DNA of 64,000 bases from an uncultured Gammaproteobacteria bacterium (GTDB lineage Bacteria; Patescibacteriota; Microgenomatia; UBA8517): contig OZ246419.1 in assembly GCA_965231135.1 (NCBI GenBank), forward strand, positions 733,865-797,864, given 5' to 3'. A program made the translations under genes and the position numbers. Shown one piece after another: positions 44,495 to 55,200 of this stretch. Position 1 is the first letter of the stretch. Each line of letters opens with the position of its first letter. The notes under the pieces are model-generated. The model made no database searches. It worked only from the letters and a program-made list of their open reading frames with translations, and was not told the DNA's origin.

Positions 44495-47400
44495 TGAAAA
44501 AACTTTTCAAAAGAAAACCAAAATTATTTTACGGACTTATACTATTTATAGTAGTTATATCTTTAGTTGGAATAAAACTTTGGGCGGGTAAACCAGTACA
44601 AGGAGCATGGTTTGATACCAAGTGGGCTTTTCGACAACGCTTCCCTATTTCCAATACCTCCGGTGCAACACAAACAAATTTTCAGACGCAAATAACATTA
44701 GACACTTCAACATTAATAAGTGCAGGGAAAATGCTTTCGACTTGTAACGATTTGCGAATTACAAATGCAACTGGAAAACAACTTCCTTTTTGGATAGAGC
44801 CAACTACATGCAATACAGCTTCAACTTTAATCTGGATAAATGTTGATTCGATTCCAACAACAGGAGCTGATGTTTATTTATATTATGGAAATCCATCTGC
44901 AAGCCCTGCAGGGTATACAACTAACCAAGTTTTTATTACAGATATGAATCAAGCTGTTGCGGGTTGGCCTTTGGATGATACAACCACTACCCAAAGTTAT
45001 GCGAGAGCAGTGAATGGTGCGACTAGTACAGGAAGAAATTTAGTTTTAAACGGAACTTTTGATAGCAGCTCAAGTTGGAACTTTAATGGGACAGGTTGGA
45101 CTATTTCTGGTGGGATGGGAGTGGCTACAAACGCACAAACTACTGACCTTACTTATCAAAATGTTCCTTTGGTAGCTGGAAGAAGTTATCAAATCACTTA
45201 TACCATTTCTGGTTATACCTCAGGAAGTGTCAGGGTTCTCGCAGGAAATGGTGGCTTTGGAACGATGCGCTCAGCAAATGGAACATACACTGAAAATATT
45301 ATTGCAGCCGGAGCTTTATATGTGGGATTCCAAATTCCAGTGAATGGAACAACCCTAAATATTGATAACGTTTCAGTTACTGAAGTAAACATTCCCTCTT
45401 CTACTGCAACACCAACACAATTACTTACTGATGGAAATATGGAAGCAAGTGGGACGGGGGCGTGGACAGCAGGCGGAAGCGCAACACTTTCGAAACAAAC
45501 AGGGACTTCCCATGGAGGAACACAAATTTTAAGAATCACTGCAACCGGTGGTACAAATCCTAATGCTTCTCAGAATATTCTTTCTAACAATACTGTTTAC
45601 AGGGTTTATGGATATGCAAGAAGTGATGGGAATATTGCACCTAAAGTTTATTTGGGAAGTAATCTTATGTGGACTGGAACAACATCGGCAACCTGGCAAC
45701 CGTTTGACTTTGTAGGTTTAACTTCTACGGGTAATAGTACTTTTTATCTGCTTCAATCAAGCAGTATAAATGGCCAATATGTAGAATTTGACGACGTAAC
45801 AGTTTCCCTTGATACAGGCATAAGAAGTGATTCTATTTTATCTACACTTGATGGAGATATGGAACAGTCTGGGACTTCTTACTGGAGCACATTAAATGGC
45901 GCTACGATCTCGAAAGATGCCAGCAGTCCACATGGCGGAACTCAATCTTTAAAGATAGTCAGCTCTGGCGCCTCAAGCCAGAATGTATACCAGACTTACC
46001 TATCTAGCGTTGCAGGAAAAACTTATCGAATTACTGGGTACGCAAGAGGAGATGGAACTGCTGTTCCTCAAATTCTTTTACCAAACGGAGCTGCTTTGTG
46101 GACCGGAACAAATTCAAGTTCTTGGCAATCATTTGATGCAACGTATGTATATGTAGCTGCTTCTCCATACGGATCTCCAATTTTAAGGCCTCAAAATACT
46201 GCTCCTAACGGCGATTATGTTGAATTTGATGATATTATCATTAACGAAGTCGATCCTCTAGTTGGAATCCCTACAAACGGAGTAACTCTTGGAGCTAGTG
46301 CAAACGGCCATCTCACTAATGCATATTCTTTTGATGGCACAAATGATAATGTGAATATTTATTCAGGAAGCTTAAATTCTGTCTTTAATCCTTCTGAAGG
46401 AACAATTGTGGCATGGGCAAAAGTAAGTGGAGCTGGAGTGTGGACAGATGGAACTCAGAGAGTGATTGTGAGAATTGGCCGTGTGGATGGAAATAATAAT
46501 TTAACTATTTCCAAAAGCGCGTCATCTAATACACTTACGGCTTCTTATGTTGCTGGAGGGTCAAATTTAACTGCTAATACAACTACTTCAACAAGCGGAT
46601 GGTTTATGGTTACACTAAGCTGGTCTAAGAGCAGTGACCAGGTTAAACTTTATTTAAACGGCACGCAATCAGGATCGACTTTGACAGGAGTTGGTACATG
46701 GAGCGGAAATTTTCAAAGCGTTAACTCAGTTATTGGAGATGCAAGTACAACACCCGGTTTTCCATGGAGCGGGCTCATTAATGATGTACGAATTTATAAT
46801 TACGCATTAACACCGGCCCAGATTGCCGCACAATACAACGCATCTTATGACACACAAAACTACACAACTGCAAACGATACAGGACACGAATTGGTGCGAG
46901 AGTACAATACAAACATTACAGTTGGAGCGGCTGCAACAGAAGAAGTTGGGCAAGCTTCAATATTAAACTGGCATTTGGACGAAGGAAATGGAACAACTGC
47001 AAACGATGCAAGCACAAATGCAAATAACGGAACTTTAGCTGGCACTACTCCACCATCCTGGCAAACTGAAAATAATTGTGTAATTGGTAAATGTTTGCTT
47101 TTTGACGGACAGAGCTCAAAAATAACTGGAACAAAGGCAGCTAATAATTTGCAAACTGTAGCTTTCTGGATTTATCCAACTGATATAACAAGCCGCGGGA
47201 TTATGAACTTAGACGGCGGAACTCACAAAATATCTTTGAGTTCGTCTGGAATTGTAACTGCTACAGGCTGGTCTTCTCCAACATATTATGTAAATGGTAT
47301 TGCAACAACAAATCCTGTTTTATCCTTAAATCAATGGCAGTATGTGGAAATTACAACAGCAACACCTTTCTCTACTTCAAGCTCTTTTACAGTCGGGACT

Positions 47401-50400
47401 GACGGGAGCACTTTTACACAAGGATATTTGGATGAAATAAAATTTTATAATTATGCAAGAAGTGCTGCACAGGCACTTGCGAATTACAATTCTGTCGGAA
47501 ATTTGATTGGAGCTGCAAGACAATACGGACCAAACGGATTAATTGCAAACTGGGGGCTACAAGATACAACTTCTACACAAAGTTATGCAAGTGTAAGCAA
47601 TGCAGGACAAAGTACTGGACGTAATATAGCTGTTGACGGAGACATGGAAGCCTCAGATACAAGTGCGTGGACAAATGCAGGTTCTGGAGCAGCTTTTACC
47701 AAAGATACAACTAATCCTCATGCTGGATCTAGAGATTTGAGAATTACTTGGGTGTCAGGATCTAATCCTTTGGCACAGTTAGTTAGCAATCCAATAGTAA
47801 TTGGCAGATCATATCGAGTTCGCGGATGGTTTAAATCAGACGGTTCTCATACTTCTGGAGTCTATGACAACTCCACTCCTTTAGCTGTTTCAACTACTGG
47901 AGGTTCCTGGGAATCTTTTGATATTACTTATGTTGCCACTACCACAGGTTTACGTTTTCGTGTCAACACTAGCTCTGCTGGATATGCCGATTTTGATGAT
48001 ATTACAGTTCAGGAAGTTAATATTCCTTCTTCTGCAACAACACCAGCTCAACTACTTACTGATGGAAATATGGAAACTTCTGGAACTGCTGCATGGACAG
48101 CAGGTTTTTCAGCAACTTTATCAAAACAAACAAACAACCCTCATAGTGGTGCTCTAGTATTAAGAGTAGCTTCAAATGGCTCGCTTCAAGGGTATGCGGG
48201 TCAGAATATTCTTACGGTAGGAAATGTCTATCGTATTTATGGTTATGCAAGAAGTGATGGAACCGCTATTCCCAAAATTGCAGGAAACTCTGTAACATAT
48301 TGGGGCTCTGGAACAAATTCAACAACCTGGCAACCTTTTGATGTTGTGTTAGTAGCTAGTAGTGGATCCTTATTGGCTCTCCAAAATCAGACCACAAGTG
48401 GCTATGTTGAGTTTGATGATGTGACAGTTTCACTTGATACTGGAATAAGATCTGATTCTATTTTGTCTACTCTTGATGGAGATATGGAACAAAGTGGAAC
48501 GAGCTACTGGACAGCTGCAAACGCTGCTACGCTTTCAAAAGATTCATCTGCTTCTCATGGTGGAACTCAAGCTTTAGAAATCTTATGTACTGGCACAGGA
48601 AATCCTGCTGCGAGGCAAACGCCACTTTTAACTGGCAAAACCTACAGGTTGACTGGCTGGGCAAAAGGCGATGGTACAGTTGGCCCATCAGTCGTTGTTG
48701 CTTCAGGTGCAATTTGGACTGGAACAGCTTCGACTTCGTGGCAATTTTTTGATGTAAGTTGGATTGCAACTTCTAATTTAATCAGTCTTGTCGCTGCTAC
48801 TTCTAGCAGTGGTAAATTTGTGGAATTTGACGATCTTACATTAACTGAAATTTCACCTCTTTCTGGAATAAATACAAACGGAGTAACTGTAGGAGCTGCT
48901 GCAAACGGACATTTAACTAATGCATATAGTTTTGATGGGACAAATGATTTTGTAAATATTTATTCAGGAAGTTTGAATAGCGCCTTTAATTCAAGTGAGG
49001 GCACACTTATTGCGTGGGCTAAAGTGAATGGAAGTGGAGTTTGGACAGATGGCTCAGTTAGGAGAATTGTTAGTTTGTCAGTTGACGGCAGCAATCTCAT
49101 TTCATTGGCAAAATCAAATGCAAATAACACGCTTATTATGCAATATTATGCTGGTGGTACAGCTTCTTATGTCTCTAACGGTTCTGACCCAAGTGGTTGG
49201 TTTCAAATTGCTATTACCTGGAGTAAGTCAACCGATCAAGCAAAAGGTTACCTTAACGGCACCCAACAAGGGGCGACGATGACAAATTTGGGTACATGGG
49301 CAGGAAACCTTACTTCTAGCAGAGTCACTATTGGAGCCGACACGACTTCAGGTTCCAATCCATGGTCTGGCCTCATCAACGACGTCCGTCTTTATAACCG
49401 CGCTTTATCCCCTGCTGAAATTTCACAGCTTTATAACTATGCTCCAGGGCCTGTTGCTTACTGGAAGATGGATGAAGGCACTGGAACAAATGTCAATGAT
49501 TCATCAGGAAATGGGAATACTGGAACATGGAATGGAACTTTAGGGAGTCAATGGGCTAGTGGAAAATATGGAAAAGGAGGAAACTTTAATGGGACTGATA
49601 ATTATGTTTCTGTCTCAAGTTCAAATACTTTGGGTCCCACTGCAATTACTATGGCAGCTTGGGTAAAATTACCGTCGGGTTTTGCTTCAAATGGTGATGT
49701 AATAAACAGAGGAGATAATAGTGGTTACAGAATGCAAATCACGGCGGGAAAAACAGTTGCTTTTGATGATCGTGGAGCTACCAATCAGGTTAATCCATCC
49801 ACGACCTTAACTACTGGAGTTTGGAATCATATAGAAATGGTTGGTGATTCTTCTGGCCTAAAAGTTTATTTAAATGGGGTATTGATTGGAAGCAATTCTA
49901 CAGCCTATGGAGGAACAAATACAGGAAATCTCTTAATAGGTAGCCGTTTTACCAGTTCTGGATATTTGCCAGCAGTTATTGATGATGTGAAAATTTATAA
50001 TTATGCAAGAACTCCTCAACAAATTTTAGATGATATGAATGGCGGACAAAACGCAAACAATTTGTCTGCGCAAGGAAATAGTTTGCCCAAACCTTTGGAC
50101 TATTGGAAATTTAATGAAGGTTATGGAACAACAGCAAACAACTCTGGAGTTAACTCAACGGAAACTGGAACATTAAATAGCGCAACATGGTTGCTTAATA
50201 ATAATTGCAAAGCTAATAATTGTGTAAATATATCTGCAAGTACTAATAATGTTTCTTTTGGAGATGTTAGTTATATTGATTCTCTAACTGGTTTTTCAAC
50301 TGACTTTTGGGTAAATCCGCAGGTTTTGGGTACTTCTAAGATGATACTTTCAAAAGCGAACACTAGTTCGCAGCGAGTTTTCGCAATCGAGACAGATCCC

Positions 50401-52242
50401 TCTACTAATAGTGAAATAAGAGTATTTGTTTCATCAAGTGCTTCTGATACAAGTAATTTCTGCAAAACAACTGGACTTGGACTAACTACTGGAACTTGGC
50501 AGCATTTAGCAATTGTTTATGATGGCACTGGACCTACTATTACTGTATATAAAAACGGAAATCCTATTACCTGTACTGTAACCGGCACTATTCCCTCTTC
50601 TTTAGTTTCAGGAACTACAAGCAATTTGAAACTTGGGCAGGGAGATGATTCAACGCCAACTGCACTTCTTGCATATTATGATGATCTTAAAATTTATAAT
50701 ACTGCCCTATCACAATCGCAAATATTATTAGATCAAAACGGCGGACAAGCTGAAGACTTTGGAACAAGAAGCGCGCCTGAAGCAAATCAATTAACAGATA
50801 CTGCTGGAAACCCACCAGTTGCTTACTGGAATTTTGATGAAGGAACTGGATCCACCGTCAATGATTCCAGCGGAAATTCTAACACAGGCACTTGGCAAGG
50901 AACACTAGGAAATCAGTGGGCAACAGGCAAATATGGTAAAGGAGGAAATTTTAATGGAAGCGATAATTATGTAAGCACTAACACTTCTACAAGTACCACT
51001 ACTATGCCAAATTTTACAAGTGAGGCTTGGTTTAAAACAGGAACTGCTTCTGGACACGATATAATTTCACTTGGTGGAACTCAAACAGGGACAGACAATA
51101 GTCATTCGAGAGATTTATACATGGGTGCTGACGGAAAAATTTATTTTGGAATTGCAGACGGTGGATCAAATATTTATACAGTAAATTCACTCTCAACTCT
51201 TAATGATGGCAAGTGGCATTTTGCAGTTGGAACTTATACGAGCTCTACTAAGGCAATAGCTCTTTATATTGACGGAGTATCGCAAGGAACCACAAATGAC
51301 ACAGGTGAATCAAGTTTTTCAGGCTGGTGGCGTATTGGAAGTTATAGGTTAACAGCTTGGACGCAAGCTTCGGATGGTTATTTCACAGGTCAAATTGACG
51401 ACGTCAAAATCTACAATTACGCCCGAACTCAAGCTCAAATTGCATATGATTATAACCGTGGGGCGCCAGTTGGATGGTGGAAATTTGATGAATGCCAGGG
51501 AACTACAGCTAATGATTCATCCGGGAACAGAAACACAGGAACAATAACAATTGGAGGAAGCGGAACTCAAACTTCTGCAGGAACCTGCAACACAAGCGGA
51601 ACTGCCTGGGGAAACGGTGTCGTCGGAAAGTTTGATTCTTCCCTTAATTTTGATGGAACTGACGATTATGTCAACACTAATTCTACCTTTAGTTCAATTT
51701 TCCAAAACAGTTACAGTATTTCCTTCTGGATGAAGCCAAGTAATGGACATCCTGCAGGCATTCAAAGCATGTTTGGGAATGCTGAAAGTGTAAGTTGTGG
51801 AGGAAACCCATGTATTGTCAAATCGTTCTTAAACGGTGATGGAACAATTGAATTTCAGTTTCAACCGGGGGGAGCTACTACTGCTGATGCAAAGACAAAT
51901 AATGCTATTTTTGCAAGTGGACAAGGAAACTGGACACATGTAACAATTGTTGCCAATTCTACAATCAATGGTATTGGAGGAATTTTGATTTATATTAATG
52001 GACAACTTGCAACATTAAATGCAACAAATAACGGAAGTACTGCTAGTGTTACTTTTTCTGGTTATACTGCTATTAATAAACTATTCCTTGGAGCCCGTGA
52101 TAGTGGAACTGCTAGCCAACTTTTTAGTGGCCAAATTGATGATGTCAGAATTTATAACTATGCCCTATCACTTACACAGGTGCAAAAACTTTATAATGAC
52201 GGATTTAGCACTTTTTACGGACCTAGCACAGGTACTCCATAA
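44494..52242 (+). CDS. Giant (2582 aa) N-terminally anchored surface protein: DUF2341 domain, multiple CBM4/9-like carbohydrate-binding modules and multiple LamG/concanavalin-A-like lectin domains
   Basis: ATG overlaps the upstream stop (TAATG); TM LFYGLILFIVVISLVGIKLW; DUF2341 signature WAFRQRFPI...DLRITNATGKQLPFWIE...VYLYYGN; repeated LamG units ending ...GLINDVRIYNYAL(T/S)PAQI...; CBM-like units QLLTDGNMEASGTGAWTA...YVEFDDVTVS. Confidence 0.8.
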   Translation: MKKLFKRKPKLFYGLILFIVVISLVGIKLWAGKPVQGAWFDTKWAFRQRFPISNTSGATQTNFQTQITLDTSTLISAGKMLSTCNDLRITNATGKQLPFWIEPTTCNTASTLIWINVDSIPTTGADVYLYYGNPSASPAGYTTNQVFITDMNQAVAGWPLDDTTTTQSYARAVNGATSTGRNLVLNGTFDSSSSWNFNGTGWTISGGMGVATNAQTTDLTYQNVPLVAGRSYQITYTISGYTSGSVRVLAGNGGFGTMRSANGTYTENIIAAGALYVGFQIPVNGTTLNIDNVSVTEVNIPSSTATPTQLLTDGNMEASGTGAWTAGGSATLSKQTGTSHGGTQILRITATGGTNPNASQNILSNNTVYRVYGYARSDGNIAPKVYLGSNLMWTGTTSATWQPFDFVGLTSTGNSTFYLLQSSSINGQYVEFDDVTVSLDTGIRSDSILSTLDGDMEQSGTSYWSTLNGATISKDASSPHGGTQSLKIVSSGASSQNVYQTYLSSVAGKTYRITGYARGDGTAVPQILLPNGAALWTGTNSSSWQSFDATYVYVAASPYGSPILRPQNTAPNGDYVEFDDIIINEVDPLVGIPTNGVTLGASANGHLTNAYSFDGTNDNVNIYSGSLNSVFNPSEGTIVAWAKVSGAGVWTDGTQRVIVRIGRVDGNNNLTISKSASSNTLTASYVAGGSNLTANTTTSTSGWFMVTLSWSKSSDQVKLYLNGTQSGSTLTGVGTWSGNFQSVNSVIGDASTTPGFPWSGLINDVRIYNYALTPAQIAAQYNASYDTQNYTTANDTGHELVREYNTNITVGAAATEEVGQASILNWHLDEGNGTTANDASTNANNGTLAGTTPPSWQTENNCVIGKCLLFDGQSSKITGTKAANNLQTVAFWIYPTDITSRGIMNLDGGTHKISLSSSGIVTATGWSSPTYYVNGIATTNPVLSLNQWQYVEITTATPFSTSSSFTVGTDGSTFTQGYLDEIKFYNYARSAAQALANYNSVGNLIGAARQYGPNGLIANWGLQDTTSTQSYASVSNAGQSTGRNIAVDGDMEASDTSAWTNAGSGAAFTKDTTNPHAGSRDLRITWVSGSNPLAQLVSNPIVIGRSYRVRGWFKSDGSHTSGVYDNSTPLAVSTTGGSWESFDITYVATTTGLRFRVNTSSAGYADFDDITVQEVNIPSSATTPAQLLTDGNMETSGTAAWTAGFSATLSKQTNNPHSGALVLRVASNGSLQGYAGQNILTVGNVYRIYGYARSDGTAIPKIAGNSVTYWGSGTNSTTWQPFDVVLVASSGSLLALQNQTTSGYVEFDDVTVSLDTGIRSDSILSTLDGDMEQSGTSYWTAANAATLSKDSSASHGGTQALEILCTGTGNPAARQTPLLTGKTYRLTGWAKGDGTVGPSVVVASGAIWTGTASTSWQFFDVSWIATSNLISLVAATSSSGKFVEFDDLTLTEISPLSGINTNGVTVGAAANGHLTNAYSFDGTNDFVNIYSGSLNSAFNSSEGTLIAWAKVNGSGVWTDGSVRRIVSLSVDGSNLISLAKSNANNTLIMQYYAGGTASYVSNGSDPSGWFQIAITWSKSTDQAKGYLNGTQQGATMTNLGTWAGNLTSSRVTIGADTTSGSNPWSGLINDVRLYNRALSPAEISQLYNYAPGPVAYWKMDEGTGTNVNDSSGNGNTGTWNGTLGSQWASGKYGKGGNFNGTDNYVSVSSSNTLGPTAITMAAWVKLPSGFASNGDVINRGDNSGYRMQITAGKTVAFDDRGATNQVNPSTTLTTGVWNHIEMVGDSSGLKVYLNGVLIGSNSTAYGGTNTGNLLIGSRFTSSGYLPAVIDDVKIYNYARTPQQILDDMNGGQNANNLSAQGNSLPKPLDYWKFNEGYGTTANNSGVNSTETGTLNSATWLLNNNCKANNCVNISASTNNVSFGDVSYIDSLTGFSTDFWVNPQVLGTSKMILSKANTSSQRVFAIETDPSTNSEIRVFVSSSASDTSNFCKTTGLGLTTGTWQHLAIVYDGTGPTITVYKNGNPITCTVTGTIPSSLVSGTTSNLKLGQGDDSTPTALLAYYDDLKIYNTALSQSQILLDQNGGQAEDFGTRSAPEANQLTDTAGNPPVAYWNFDEGTGSTVNDSSGNSNTGTWQGTLGNQWATGKYGKGGNFNGSDNYVSTNTSTSTTTMPNFTSEAWFKTGTASGHDIISLGGTQTGTDNSHSRDLYMGADGKIYFGIADGGSNIYTVNSLSTLNDGKWHFAVGTYTSSTKAIALYIDGVSQGTTNDTGESSFSGWWRIGSYRLTAWTQASDGYFTGQIDDVKIYNYARTQAQIAYDYNRGAPVGWWKFDECQGTTANDSSGNRNTGTITIGGSGTQTSAGTCNTSGTAWGNGVVGKFDSSLNFDGTDDYVNTNSTFSSIFQNSYSISFWMKPSNGHPAGIQSMFGNAESVSCGGNPCIVKSFLNGDGTIEFQFQPGGATTADAKTNNAIFASGQGNWTHVTIVANSTINGIGGILIYINGQLATLNATNNGSTASVTFSGYTAINKLFLGARDSGTASQLFSGQIDDVRIYNYALSLTQVQKLYNDGFSTFYGPSTGTP

Positions 52243-52267
52243 GAGATAGAATGAATATATTTAATAA

Positions 52268-55200
52268 ATGAAAAAAGGGCTGAAAATTTTACGACTCAAA
52301 TTTTCAAAATATTACAGACAAAGACCTAAACTTTTTTTTGGGACGATTTTACTTGTCACTATTTTACTTTTGGTGGGGATTAAACTTTGGGCGGGAGGCC
52401 TGGTAAAAGGTGCCTGGTTTGATAACAACTGGGCTTACAGACAAAGAGTTGATATAACTGTTTCTTCAAATTCAAGCGATGTAAAGAATCTTGAAACTTT
52501 GATGACAATTAACACATCAAGCCTAGTTTCTGCCGGCAAATTGCAAAGTTCGTGTCAAGATTTACGGTTTACAAACATACATGGCGATTCTTTACATTAT
52601 TATATTGATTCAGGGTGCAATACTTCTACCACAAAAGTTTGGGTGATGGTTGATCTTGTTCCTAAAAATACCACTACTTATTCGCTTTATATGTATTATG
52701 GAAATCCGACAGCAACTGCGGGATCAAGTTCGACTTTTTTTGATAATGTTGTTCATTTGATGGGCTATTGGACTATGAACGAATCCAGCTGGAACGGAAC
52801 TGCTGGAGAGGTAAAAGATTCCAGTGTTACGGGAGGAAACGGCGGTGGGCTCTGTACAGGAACAGGATGCTCAATACCTTCTACAACCACTGGAGAATAT
52901 GGTAATGCCGCAAGCTTTGCAACAAGCGGCACAACAAATGAGCAATATGCTCTTATTCCTGATAATAATTTTATAAATATTACTGGCGATTTTACAATTG
53001 AGATGTGGATTAATCCTGCAAGCTCTAGCCAGAATGCAAATAACGACATTCTTCGTAAAGAATCTACGAATAACGGATTTGGTATTGAGGCCACTGGAAG
53101 TAATTTAACTTATGTCGCTGGATGGAAAAATGGAGCAACTAATAATTGTTATACCACTAACACTTTTAGCTTAAGTGCGAGTACATGGCAACATCTTGTG
53201 ATTACAAAAAGCGGAACAACAAGAACTGTTTATATAAATGGGGCAATTCAGGGAGGTGCAACCTGTACTGGAACAAACGCAACAATTTCTTCAAGCAATG
53301 GAGCTGCGCTTAATATTGGAGGCTGGTCTTTACAAACCACACGAGGATTTAACGGAAAAATTGATGATGTTAAACTTTATAATACAGCAAGAAGCGCAGC
53401 TCAAATATCGGCTGATTATACAAATACAAGCTGCGGGGGCTTAGCGTGCGCCATTGCCAGTTCAACTGTGCCGGTTACAACTCCGACTACTTCGTTTGCC
53501 TCAGAAGAAGTCACTCCTGGAGCAATTCTAACTTATAAGTTTGATGAAAATATGGGAACGACAGCAAACGATTCAACAGCAAATGCAAATAACGGGACAC
53601 TTGGCGGGACAACTCCCCCATCCTGGCAAACTTCAGATCAGTGTGTTAGTAACACTTGTTTATTCTTTGATGGCCAAAGCTCAATTGTGACGGGTAGTAA
53701 AGTCGCTACCGGAATCAAATCTATCTCTTTTTGGATCAGGCCAAGTAATATCGGCAAACAAGGGATTCTTAATCTAGATGGCGGGACACATAAGGTTTCC
53801 ACTAATGAGTCTGGAGTAATCAGCGCCACTGGTTTTAGTTCACCGACTTACTATATTAACGGCACGGTTACTACCACTCCAACTCTGACTTTAGGACAAT
53901 GGAACTATGTCACGATTACCACTGGCACCAGTTTTAATTCAACTTCCAGTTTTACGCTGGGAACTGATGGAGTCACTTTTGCAGGCGGGTATGTAGACGA
54001 AGTGCAATTTTATAATTATGTGCGAACTGCAGCTCAAGTGCAATCTGGATATAATCTGGGGGCTTCGGCGATTAAGCTAAATCCAACTGTTCCTTTGAAC
54101 AGTTTAGTTGCTTCTTGGCCGCTGGATGACACCACCAGCACCCAAAGTTATGCCAGAGCGGTGACGCCAGGAGCTGGTACAGGAAGAAATATCGTTCTAA
54201 ATGGAGGATTTGATAGTACTTCTAATTGGTTACTAGGCACAGGCTGGACTATTGCAAATGGAGTTGCGCATCAAGATGGTACAGGAAGTGCTGCCTCACC
54301 TATGTATGAAGTTCCAAGTTTGGTAGCTGGTAAAGCATATAAGATTACTTATACAATTTCAAATTATGGAGGCACAGGATCTATCAACTCACAAGTTGGT
54401 TCAGGCGCCGCCAGCTCTCCTCATTCAGGTAATGGTACATATACTGATACTTTAATTGCTCCAACTAATCCTTATCTAGGGATAAATGTTTGGACATCAG
54501 GATTTGTTGGCGACATTGATAATGTTTCAGTTCAAGAGATTAACATTCCTGCCTCTACTGCCACCCCTACCCAACTCCTGACTGATGGAAATATGGAAGC
54601 AAGTGGCACGGGGGCGTGGACTGCAAACAATGCTGCCACATTAAGCAAACAAACAACAAATCCTCACAGCGGAAGTCAATTGTTAAGAGTTGCAAGAAGC
54701 ACAACTAACCTTGCTTATGCCTCTCAAACAATACTTACAACAGGGCAGGTCTACAGAATCTATGGGTATATGAGAAGCGATGGGACAGCTACACCTCAAA
54801 TTGCTCAAAGCGGTAGCAATATTGTTGTTGGGACTGCGTCAACAACTTGGCAGCCGTTTGATGCTGTTTTTGTAGCCACGGGTAATTTCATACAATTAAT
54901 TAATCAAGCGTCCTCAGGTACACCTTATGTTGAATTTGATGACGTGACTGTTTCTCTTGATACAGGAGTAAGATCTGACTCTATTCTTTCAACTCTTGAT
55001 GGAGATATGGAACAGAGTGGAACGAGTTACTGGACAGTTGGAAACGCAGCTACACTGTCCAAGGATTCTTCTGCACCTCACGGAGGAACGAATGCTTTGA
55101 AAGTTGCAAATAGCGGATCTTCTAGTCCTGAAGCTATTGAACTTGTGTTGGTCGCAGGAAAAACATACCACTTAACCGGCTGGGCAAAAGGAGATGGTAC

